A stretch of DNA of 64,000 bases from an uncultured Oscillospiraceae bacterium. GTDB taxonomy: Bacteria; Bacillota; Clostridia; Oscillospirales; Oscillospiraceae. This document shows, piece after piece, positions 47,537 through 55,924 of this stretch; position 1 is the stretch's first letter, and each line of letters opens with the position of its first letter. Location: the NCBI GenBank assembly GCA_944387115.1, contig CALXDR010000004.1, forward strand, positions 699 to 64,698, read 5' to 3'. Under the pieces are notes generated by a model. It saw nothing but the letters and a program-made list of their open reading frames with translations. It searched no databases and was not told the DNA's origin. Both the position numbers and the translations under genes were made by a program.

Positions 47537-49612
47537 TCACTCCAGCATGGCGCGCAGCTGGCGCATCATGGGAGCCTGCTCCAAATCCGCCTTTGCGGCG
47601 GTGCGGTTGAGGCAGATGGTGGCGCTGTGGCCGGAGAGGGTGAAGCGGATGAGGTTGAGCTGCGCCATCACATGCAGGCCCACCAGGGCCTTCCCATAGG
47701 CGGCGCCGCCGCTGTGAGCCAGGGCGTGGCGGGCCAGCTGCTCCAGAGGCACCGCAGTGTCCGGCTGGGTACAGGTGCGGGCCAGATAGCGCCACAGCTG
47801 GGCGCAGTCGGGGCGCTGGGGGAGGAGCAGTCCCGCTTCCCACCGGGACAGGGCCTGTCCCGCCTGTAGGCGGTGGAACAGCTCCAGCTCCAGCTGGGGG
47901 CGGGGCGGGGCGGGACGCAAATCGCACAGCTGGAGCTGCGGGGTGCGGCTGCCCCGAAATTCGTTGATGTGGAGGGTGAAGGCCAAGTCCAGCCGGTCCC
48001 CCGGGGACACCTGACAGCTGGCGGTGTTGGCGGAGAAAAAGATGGCGTCCAGCACCTCCCCGTCCCGGCGCACCCGGAGCTTCAGGTGCCGCCCGCCGCC
48101 CACATCTCCGCAGCTGACCACATACATGGAGCGGGCGAGAAACACGGGGCGCTCGTTGCCGTGGCCTGTGGGCTCCAGCAGGTCCAGCTGATCGACGGCC
48201 TGGCAGGTGAGCTGACGGCAGCAGTCAATTTCCGCATCGATGTCCAGGGTGGATACCATGGGGGTGTGGCGGGTGTGCTCTGCAACCAAATCCCCCATGG
48301 CCTGGCGCAGGGCGGGGATTTGGTCGGCCTGAATGGTGAGCCCCGCCGCCTTGGCATGTCCCCCGAAGCCCTCCAGCAGGGGGGCGCACCGCTCCAGGGC
48401 GGCGAAGAGGTTGAATTCCCCATAGGAGCGGCAGGAGCCCTTTCCCTTGCCCTTCTCCCGGTCCAGGCTGATCATCAGGGTGGGGCGGCCGTACTGCTCT
48501 GCCAGCCGGGAGGCCACAATGCCAATGACCCCCTGGTGCCAATTCTCCCCCGCCAGCACCAGGGCCGGGCCGAGCAGCTGGGGATCTTGCTCCAGCATGG
48601 CCTGGCAGGAGTCTATGATTTCCTGCTCCATGGCCTGCCGCTCCCGGTTGAGCTCCCCCAGGGCGGAGGCCAGTTCTACCCCCCGCTCCTCCTCCCGGGT
48701 GAGGAGCAGCTCCAGGGCCAAGGAGGCGTGCTGAATGCGCCCGGAGGCGTTGAGCCGGGGGGCAATGCTGAATCCAATGGTGGCAGAGGTGGGCTGGCGT
48801 CCGTCCCGGCCCAGCACCTCCTGGAGCAGTGCGTGCAGACCGGGGCGCTGGGTGCAGGCGAGCAAATCCAGTCCGGTGCGCACCAGGGAGCGGTTTTCGT
48901 CCGCCAGCACCATCACATCTGCCACGGTGCCCACGGCGGCAAGCTCGCCATAGCGCTCCATCACCTCCTGCCGGGCCTCCGGCGGAGCCAGCGCCAGGGC
49001 CAGCTTGAGGGCCACCCCAACCCCTGCCAGCTCCTTGAAGGGGTAGGGGCAGTCCTCCCGCCGGGGGTCTACCACCGCCACCGCCTGAGGAAGGGTGTCC
49101 TTGCACTGGTGGTGGTCGGTGATGACCACATCCACCCCCAGACTGCGGGCGTATTCCACCTCGCCCACGGCGGTGATGCCGCAGTCCACGGTGATAATCA
49201 GCCCCACGCCCTGCCGGTGCAGGGCGGAGATGGCGGTGGGGTTGAGGCCATAGCCCTCCTCCATCCGGTCGGGGATGTAACTGACCACATCGCCCCCCAG
49301 CTCCCGCAGCCGCTCGGTGAGCAGGCAGGTGGAGGTGATGCCGTCTACATCATAGTCGCCGTATACCGCCATCTGCTCGCCGCTTGCCAGCGCCTGGGAG
49401 ATGCGGGCCACTGCCCGGTCCATATCCTTCAGGAGAAAGGGGTCACGGGCGTGAAAGGGGGTATCGGACAAAAAGGCCCTGGCCTTTTCCGGACTATCCA
49501 CCCCCCGGGCATACAGGACGCAGGCGCACAGCGGGGACAGCCCAAGCCCCTCCAGCGCCTGGAGCGCCCCTGTCGGTGCCGGAGGGCGCAGATTCCACTG
49601 TTTGTATTTCAT
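47537..49612 (-). CDS. recJ: Single-stranded DNA exonuclease RecJ
   Basis: DYDVDG, ITVDCG, TDHH, GTVADV, PRLNASGR, GSCRS, GGHAKAAG. Confidence 0.96.
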   Translation of the reverse strand: MKYKQWNLRPPAPTGALQALEGLGLSPLCACVLYARGVDSPEKARAFLSDTPFHARDPFLLKDMDRAVARISQALASGEQMAVYGDYDVDGITSTCLLTERLRELGGDVVSYIPDRMEEGYGLNPTAISALHRQGVGLIITVDCGITAVGEVEYARSLGVDVVITDHHQCKDTLPQAVAVVDPRREDCPYPFKELAGVGVALKLALALAPPEARQEVMERYGELAAVGTVADVMVLADENRSLVRTGLDLLACTQRPGLHALLQEVLGRDGRQPTSATIGFSIAPRLNASGRIQHASLALELLLTREEERGVELASALGELNRERQAMEQEIIDSCQAMLEQDPQLLGPALVLAGENWHQGVIGIVASRLAEQYGRPTLMISLDREKGKGKGSCRSYGEFNLFAALERCAPLLEGFGGHAKAAGLTIQADQIPALRQAMGDLVAEHTRHTPMVSTLDIDAEIDCCRQLTCQAVDQLDLLEPTGHGNERPVFLARSMYVVSCGDVGGGRHLKLRVRRDGEVLDAIFFSANTASCQVSPGDRLDLAFTLHINEFRGSRTPQLQLCDLRPAPPRPQLELELFHRLQAGQALSRWEAGLLLPQRPDCAQLWRYLARTCTQPDTAVPLEQLARHALAHSGGAAYGKALVGLHVMAQLNLIRFTLSGHSATICLNRTAAKADLEQAPMMRQLRAMLE

Positions 49613-49721
49613 GCTGTCAGTCCTCAAAGATAAAATTATCTTCTATTATAACAAACTCCGGTGATACTTGCAACTGGGGAAACCATCGGGAAAGGGGACA
49701 CTTTTTTCTCCTGTTGGAAGG

Positions 49722-49761
49722 CGAACGCTTGTTTGACAGCGCAGGTGGGATATGGTACACT
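49722..49761 (+). promoter_or_regulatory. lexA promoter with overlapping SOS (Cheo) box
   Basis: CGAACGCTTGTTTG at 49722-49735 overlaps TTGACA(49733)-17bp-TACACT(49756). Confidence 0.85.
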
Positions 49762-49797
49762 ACCCCCATAAGCGGTATTGGAAAGGAGCCAGCCCCT

Positions 49798-50400
49798 GTG
49801 AGCAGATTATCCCCCAAACAACAGCAAATCTATGACTATATCCTGGATTTTTCCCAGGAGCATGGCTATCCCCCCTCGGTGCGGGAAATCGCCCAGGCGG
49901 TACACCTGCGCTCCCCGTCCACAGTGCATTTCCACCTCAAGGGGCTGCGGGAGGCGGGGTTCATCAGCCAGGCGGAGGGGAAGACACGGGCCATCTCCAT
50001 CGCCGACGGCGCACACAACCGCCGGGACCAGGTGCCTGTGGTGGGGGCGGTGGCTGCCGGCGCCCCGATTCTGGCCCAGGAGTGTATTGACGAGTACCTC
50101 ACCTTTGACACCAACGGCCTGACGGGGGAGCACTTTGCCCTGCGGGTGCAGGGGGAGTCCATGCTGGATGCGGGGATTCTCCCGGGAGATCTGGTGGTGG
50201 TGCATCAGCAGCAGGACGCCCGCAACGGAGAAATTGTGGTGGCCCTGTTTGAAGATGAGGCCACGGTCAAGACCTACCGCCGGGGCAGTGATGGACACCT
50301 GTGGCTGCTGCCGGAAAACCGCAGCGGGGAGTACCAGCCCATTGACGGCACAGGCTGCACCATTTTGGGGAAGGTTGTGGCAGTGGTGCGGAGGTATTAA
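49798..50400 (+). CDS. lexA: SOS repressor LexA
   Basis: GYPPSVREI, VAAGAPI (Ala-Gly cleavage site), GESM, ATVK; GTG start after AAGGAG. Confidence 0.96.
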   Translation: MSRLSPKQQQIYDYILDFSQEHGYPPSVREIAQAVHLRSPSTVHFHLKGLREAGFISQAEGKTRAISIADGAHNRRDQVPVVGAVAAGAPILAQECIDEYLTFDTNGLTGEHFALRVQGESMLDAGILPGDLVVVHQQQDARNGEIVVALFEDEATVKTYRRGSDGHLWLLPENRSGEYQPIDGTGCTILGKVVAVVRRY

Positions 50401-50403
50401 ATA

Positions 50404-50945
50404 GAAGCGCTGAGCCGTCGCGAACAGCCCGGATGGACCGGAGCGAGGGATAACCATGTAAGGCAGGCGTAGCCTGCCATGGTTGTCCCGAGACGGAGGG
50501 AAGCCGGGCGTCGTGAGCAGGCGAGGCGTGACAACACAGAAGCGCTAAGCCGTCGTGAGCAGGCTGGATGGACCGAAGTGAGGAATAAAACCCAGGGGGG
50601 CGCAGCCCCCCGGTTTTGTCCCGAATCGGAGGGAAGCCAGCCGTTGCGAACAGGCGAAGCGTGACAGCGAAGAAGCGTCCGAGCCCCCGGAGCAGCTCGG
50701 ATGGACTGGAGCGAAGGGCAAAACCCAGGGCGGGCATAGCCCGGCCGGATTTGCCCTGAGTCGGAGGGAAGCCGAGCGTCAGCGGAGGGGAGAGAGGCGT
50801 GACAATGAAGAAGCGTCCGAGCCTTCTCAAAAAAGTCCAAGGACTTTTTTGAGGGGATGCAGGGGAAATAGGGTTCGATTCCTGTTGGAATTGTCACCCC
50901 ATTTCCCCTGAGTAGAGTGTTTCTCCAGGCGTATGTCCACGGGAA
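50404..50945 (+). repeat. Mosaic palindromic repeat array 6 (3 different units in tandem + T module)
   Basis: Starts 3 bp after lexA stop; three ~135-140 bp units with different central hairpins. Confidence 0.93.
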
Positions 50946-51080
50946 AGAAGAGCGTACACAATCTTACGCACCTGGGGCAAGGCGTTCAAACGCTGTAGGG
51001 CCGGGGGAAAACCGCCCCGGCTCCATCATTTCGTGGCGTTTTAGCGGGGCAGGCGCCCGGAGGAGAGAGGGGGTGGGGAG

Positions 51081-51449
51081 ATGTCCCACAATGAGCATCC
51101 AGCTGACGAGTGCTGCACAGAGCAGATTGTCCACCGGGATCGGGTGGAACAGGTGGCGCAGCATCTGCCGGAGGACGGGCAGCTGTACCAGCTGGCGGAG
51201 CTGTTCAAGGTATTTGGGGACGCAACCCGGATGAAGCTGCTGTACGCCCTGTTTGAGTCGGAGCTGTGTGTGTGCGACCTGGCGCAGCTGCTGGGGGTGA
51301 GCCAGTCGGCGGTGTCCCATCAGCTCAGAGTGCTGAAAAATGCCCGGCTGGTTCGCTTTCGCCGAGCGGGCAAGGTGGTGTTTTACACGCTGGCAGACCA
51401 CCATGTGCGTAAAATCATCGCCCAGGGTCTGGAGCATATTTGCGAATAG
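51081..51449 (+). CDS. ArsR/SmtB family metal-sensing repressor
   Basis: FKVFGDATRMKLL, ELCVCDLA, SQSAVSHQLRVL, alpha5 site DHHV...HICE. Confidence 0.93.
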   Translation: MSHNEHPADECCTEQIVHRDRVEQVAQHLPEDGQLYQLAELFKVFGDATRMKLLYALFESELCVCDLAQLLGVSQSAVSHQLRVLKNARLVRFRRAGKVVFYTLADHHVRKIIAQGLEHICE

Positions 51450-51499
51450 GGGCGGCGTGGCATCATCGAAGGGTTGCTCCCCGCAGCAGCCGGGTAAAC

Positions 51500-51542
51500 T
51501 ACAAGTCCGCTGTGCTTACGGCACAGCGGACTTGTAATTTTT
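51500..51542 (+). terminator. Intrinsic terminator after ArsR gene
   Basis: TACAAGTCCGCTGTGC...GCACAGCGGACTTGTA followed by T run. Confidence 0.85.
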
Positions 51543-51623
51543 TCGGCGGTGTAGTACCATATAGAGCGCAATAGACTGGGCAGTCCCAGCGTTTTTAGTA
51601 GGAGTTTAGTAGGAGGTGCTGCA

Positions 51624-54038
51624 ATGGAAACGCAGACCAAGCGCCAGACCCTCCAGGAGCTTGCCCCCGGGCAGTCGGGGGTCATCTGGTCGGTGGGCAA
51701 CCACCGAGGCGCAGTGAAGCGGCGGCTGGTGGACATGGGGCTTACCCCGGGCACCACCGTCACGGTAAAGAAAATCGCCCCCTTCGGCGACCCCATTGAG
51801 GTGAATCTGCGGGGGTATGAGCTGTCCCTGCGCAAGGAGGATGCCCGCCACATCCTGCTGTGCAGACACGGGGAGGAGCCCCATGGGAACAGTCCCCGGG
51901 TGGAAGAAGTGGAGCCTGAGTATCTGGCGCGCATGGCTGCGGCCCACGATCACCGCCGGCGGGAGCACGCAGGGGTGGCAGATTACGCAAACCACGATGT
52001 GCGGGAGATGAAAATTGCCCTGGTGGGCAACCCCAATTGCGGAAAGACCACGCTGTTCAACGCCCTGACCGGCTCCAATCAGTATGTGGGCAACTGGCCG
52101 GGGGTGACGGTGGAGAAGAAAGAGGGGCTGGCCCGGGTGGACAACCGGGATGTGACCATCGTAGACCTGCCGGGTATCTACTCCCTATCCCCCTACTCCA
52201 TGGAGGAGATTGTGGCCCGCAGCTTTGTGGTGGAGGAGCGCCCCGATGCCATCATCAACATCGTGGACGCCAGTAATCTGGAGCGGAATTTGTACCTCAC
52301 CGCCCAGCTGCTGGAGCTGGAGCGGCCCATGGTGGTTGCGTTGAACTTTATGGATGAGGTGGAAAAGCGGGGGGACGTGCTGGATGTGGCACGGATTTCC
52401 CAGGCGCTGGGGGTGCCGGTGGTGCCCATCACCGCCCGCACCGGGGAGAATGTGCAGGCCCTGCTGGAGCAGGCGCACCGGCAGATGCACACCGGGGTGA
52501 CGGTGGAGCCGGACGACCTGTACGACCAGTTCACCCACCTCATTCACCACCAGGTGGACGAGCTGATTCATGACCGGGCCTATGCCGCCCATCTCCCCGC
52601 CCACTGGGCCTCCATCAAGCTGGTGGAGGGGGATTCCCTGGTGGAGCAGGCTCTGGGGCTGGATGAGGCCACCCGCTGGAAGGTGGATGCCCTGGCCCAG
52701 CGCTATCAGGAGGCCTACCCACTGGGGGACCGGGAGACGCTCATTGCCGACGCCCGCTACCGCTTTATCCAGCGGGTGGTGAAGGTGTGCCTGCGCCGGG
52801 GGCGGCCTGTGGATGCGCCCACCGTATCGGACAAGATTGACGCCGTTGTGACCCACAAGTATCTGGCGGTCCCTGTGTTCCTGCTGCTGATGCTGGCCAT
52901 GTTCACCCTCACCTTTGGGCCGGGGCAGGTGCTCTCTGACGGTGTGGATTGGTTTTTCAACGACTGGCTTGCCACCCGGCTGGACTGGCTGCTCACCCAG
53001 AGCGGCGTGGCCCCCTGGGTCAACTCCCTGCTTCTGGAGGGTGTGCTTGGCGGCGTGGGGGGCGTGCTCACCTTCCTGCCGCAGATTGCCATTCTGTTCC
53101 TCTTCCTCTCCTTCCTGGAGGATTCGGGGTACATGGCCCGGGCCGCCTTTGTGATGGACCGGCTGCTGCGCCGCTTTGGCCTGAGCGGGAAGGCCTTTAT
53201 CCCCATGCTTATGGGCTTTGGCTGTACTGTGCCTGCCATTCTGGGTGCCCGCACCATGGAGAATGAGAAGGACAGGCGCATGACCATTATGCTGGTGCCC
53301 TTCCTGTCCTGCTCTGCCCGGCTGCCGGTGTACGGACTGCTTACGGCGGCCTTTTTCCCCGATTGCGCAGGGGTGGTCATCTTCTCGCTGTATATCCTGG
53401 GCTTGCTGTGCGCCATCCTGTCCGGCGTACTTCTGCGCAAGACCCTCTTTCAGGGGGAGCCTGCCGCCTTTGTGCTGGAGCTGCCCCCCTACCGTATGCC
53501 CACTGCCCGCAACTGTCTGCTCCATGTGTGGGAGCGGGTGCGGGGATTCCTGGTCAAGGCGGGCACCCTCATTCTGGCGATGAGCGTGGTGCTCTGGTTC
53601 CTGCAGTCCTTTGGCCTGTCCGGCGGCCTGCGCATGGTGGAGGAGCCGGGGGAATCCATTTTGGGGAGCATCGGCGCAGTGCTGGCCCCACTCTTTGCCC
53701 CCCTGGGCTTTGGCGTGTGGCAGGCGGCAGTGGCGCTGCTCACGGGGCTGATTGCCAAGGAGGCGGTGGTGTCCTCCCTGTGCCTGATGTACGGCTTTAC
53801 CACCCTGGACGGTGGGGCCACTGTGGCCGCAGCCCTCTCGGGCACCTTCCAGACCCCGGCGGCGGCCTATGCCTTCCTGGTGTTTATTCTGCTCTATGTA
53901 CCCTGTGTGGCCGCCGTGTCCACCCTGTACCGGGAGATGAACAGCCTGAAATGGACCCTCACCTCCATCGCCTGGCAAATGGGGGCGGCCTGGCTGGTGT
54001 CCTTCCTGGTGTTCCAGGTGGGCTCCCTGCTGTTTTAA
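51624..54038 (+). CDS. feoB: Ferrous iron transporter FeoB with fused N-terminal FeoA domain
   Basis: FeoA RRLVDMGLTPG...APFGDPI, then GNPNCGKTT, NWPGVTVE, DLPGIYSL, EDSGYMAR, MGFGC. Confidence 0.95.
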   Translation: METQTKRQTLQELAPGQSGVIWSVGNHRGAVKRRLVDMGLTPGTTVTVKKIAPFGDPIEVNLRGYELSLRKEDARHILLCRHGEEPHGNSPRVEEVEPEYLARMAAAHDHRRREHAGVADYANHDVREMKIALVGNPNCGKTTLFNALTGSNQYVGNWPGVTVEKKEGLARVDNRDVTIVDLPGIYSLSPYSMEEIVARSFVVEERPDAIINIVDASNLERNLYLTAQLLELERPMVVALNFMDEVEKRGDVLDVARISQALGVPVVPITARTGENVQALLEQAHRQMHTGVTVEPDDLYDQFTHLIHHQVDELIHDRAYAAHLPAHWASIKLVEGDSLVEQALGLDEATRWKVDALAQRYQEAYPLGDRETLIADARYRFIQRVVKVCLRRGRPVDAPTVSDKIDAVVTHKYLAVPVFLLLMLAMFTLTFGPGQVLSDGVDWFFNDWLATRLDWLLTQSGVAPWVNSLLLEGVLGGVGGVLTFLPQIAILFLFLSFLEDSGYMARAAFVMDRLLRRFGLSGKAFIPMLMGFGCTVPAILGARTMENEKDRRMTIMLVPFLSCSARLPVYGLLTAAFFPDCAGVVIFSLYILGLLCAILSGVLLRKTLFQGEPAAFVLELPPYRMPTARNCLLHVWERVRGFLVKAGTLILAMSVVLWFLQSFGLSGGLRMVEEPGESILGSIGAVLAPLFAPLGFGVWQAAVALLTGLIAKEAVVSSLCLMYGFTTLDGGATVAAALSGTFQTPAAAYAFLVFILLYVPCVAAVSTLYREMNSLKWTLTSIAWQMGAAWLVSFLVFQVGSLLF

Positions 54039-54050
54039 GGGGGGACAGGG

Positions 54051-54224
54051 ATGAAGTATGTGATTTATCTGCTCCTGGCTGCCCTGGCAGTGTGGTCCGT
54101 GTGGTATCTGGCCAGGGCCATCCGCCGCCAGGTGCGGGGGGAGTGCAATTGCGGCTGCTCCGGCGGCTGCGGCAGCTGCGGCGGCTGTCACCAGGACAAA
54201 GGCTGCAAGAGACCGAGGCGCTGA
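54051..54224 (+). CDS. FeoB-associated Cys-rich membrane protein (57 aa; not in ORF track)
   Basis: MKYVIYLLLAALAVWSVWYLARAIRRQVRGECNCGCSGGCGSCGGCHQDKGCKRPRR. Confidence 0.85.
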   Translation: MKYVIYLLLAALAVWSVWYLARAIRRQVRGECNCGCSGGCGSCGGCHQDKGCKRPRR

Positions 54225-54288
54225 GGGGAAGCGCCCAAGGGGGCGCCTGCCCCTGTCCCCATAGCCTGTACGGAGAGGAAGCGTGCCC

Positions 54289-55875
54289 ATGAATCGGAAT
54301 GTGCATCTGCCTGGCCGCACCTGGGGGCGTGTGGAGTGGTATGTTCTGCTCCTGGTGCTCCTGGGAGTGGCGGTGCGTGTGGCCCAGTGGGGGAGTGTCC
54401 CCGCTGGACTCAACCAGGATGAGGCCTTTGCCGGGTACGAGGCCTATTCCCTGCTCCACTATGGGGTGGATTCCATGGGATACCGCAACCCCTGTTACTT
54501 TGTCTCCTGGGGCAGCGGGATGAATGTGATGGAGAGCTACCTTGCCATCCCCGCCATGATGGTGCTGGGCTGTACCGTAGCGGCGCTGCGCCTGCCCCAG
54601 CTCCTGTGCGCCTGTGTGTCCCTGCCGGTGTTCTATCTGCTGCTGCGGCGGATGTTCGGCACCAGGGTGGCGGTGCTGGGGCTGGGGGTGCTTGCCATCT
54701 CTCCCTGGCACATAATGCTCAGCCGGTGGGGTCTGGAGTCCAACCTGGCCCCCGCCTTTTTGCTCTTCGGGCTGTACTGCTTTGTTCTGGGGGTGGAGAA
54801 GCACGGCGCGTGGCTGGTGGCCTCGGCGGCGCTGTACGGTCTGGCGCTGTATGCCTATGCCATCACCTGGGCGGTGGTGCCTCTGGTGCTGGTGCTCAGC
54901 GTGGGCTGTGTGCTCCAGGGCGGACGCCGTCTGCCCTGGAAGTGGGCGGTGGCAGCGGCAGTGGTTCTGGGCCTTTTGGCGCTGCCCCTGTTGCTGTTTT
55001 TATTGGTCAACCGGGGGATTTTGCCCGAAATCCGCACGCCCTTCCTGTCCGTGCCCAGACTGCTGTATATGCGGGAGGGGGAGTTCTCCCCGGAAAACCT
55101 CCTCAAGCTGGAGTCTTATCAGCGGTTTTTGGAGGTGTTTGCGGGTCAAAATGACAATCTCCCCTGGAACTCCACCCCGGAGTTTGGGCTGTACTACCCC
55201 TTCAGCCTGCCGCTGATGCTCCTGGGCGGGTCAGCCCTGGCGGGGCGGGCCTGGGCGGGGTGGAAGGCCCGCACCTTCACTTGGGCGGGGGGTGTGGCCG
55301 TGCAGACGGTGGCGGTCACCCTGGTGTGCCTGATGCTGGGTGAGCTGCTCAATGTCAACAAGGGCAACAGCCTGCACTTTCTTCTCCTCATCCTGCTGGC
55401 CCTGGGGCTGGATCAGGTGTGGAGCCTGTGCCGCAATCATCCGCCAGTGCCAGGCGGTGTGGCGGCGGGATACGCCCTAGCTTTTGCGGGCTTTGTGTGC
55501 CTGTACTTTGGCGGCTGGAACGAGCAGATTGGCGGCTATTTTCACGCCGGACTGGAGCAGGCGGTGGCCTATGTCAAGGCCCAGGGGTTTACCGACGTGT
55601 GCGTGGATGACCAGGTGACCCACGCCCAGATCCTCTTCTTTGACCAGACGCCCCAGCCGGAGTATGCCGCCACGGTGGAGTATGCCAACTACCCGGCGGC
55701 CTACCTCCGGGTCACAAGGTTTGGCAGGTACACCTTTGCCGACCCCCTGTCCAGCCTGGGGGAGCACCAGGCCTATATTGCGCCGGCAGGCGAGGGCGAG
55801 GCGTTTGCCGCCCAGGGGTATGCGGTGGAGGTGTTTGACGGGTACGCCGTGGCTTATCTGGATACCGGGGCATAA
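54289..55875 (+). CDS. GT-C fold glycosyltransferase (family 39/PMT_2-like)
   Basis: GLNQDEAFAGYEAYSLL, SPWHIMLSRWGLESNL, many TM segments. Confidence 0.8.
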   Translation: MNRNVHLPGRTWGRVEWYVLLLVLLGVAVRVAQWGSVPAGLNQDEAFAGYEAYSLLHYGVDSMGYRNPCYFVSWGSGMNVMESYLAIPAMMVLGCTVAALRLPQLLCACVSLPVFYLLLRRMFGTRVAVLGLGVLAISPWHIMLSRWGLESNLAPAFLLFGLYCFVLGVEKHGAWLVASAALYGLALYAYAITWAVVPLVLVLSVGCVLQGGRRLPWKWAVAAAVVLGLLALPLLLFLLVNRGILPEIRTPFLSVPRLLYMREGEFSPENLLKLESYQRFLEVFAGQNDNLPWNSTPEFGLYYPFSLPLMLLGGSALAGRAWAGWKARTFTWAGGVAVQTVAVTLVCLMLGELLNVNKGNSLHFLLLILLALGLDQVWSLCRNHPPVPGGVAAGYALAFAGFVCLYFGGWNEQIGGYFHAGLEQAVAYVKAQGFTDVCVDDQVTHAQILFFDQTPQPEYAATVEYANYPAAYLRVTRFGRYTFADPLSSLGEHQAYIAPAGEGEAFAAQGYAVEVFDGYAVAYLDTGA

Positions 55876-55921
55876 AAATCCCCCTGGAAGCCCAATTGGA
55901 CTTGGGCTTCCAGGGGGATTT
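55876..55921. terminator. Bidirectional terminator
   Basis: AAATCCCCCTGGAAGCCCAA...TTGGGCTTCCAGGGGGATTT. Confidence 0.85.
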
Positions 55922-55924
55922 GCT

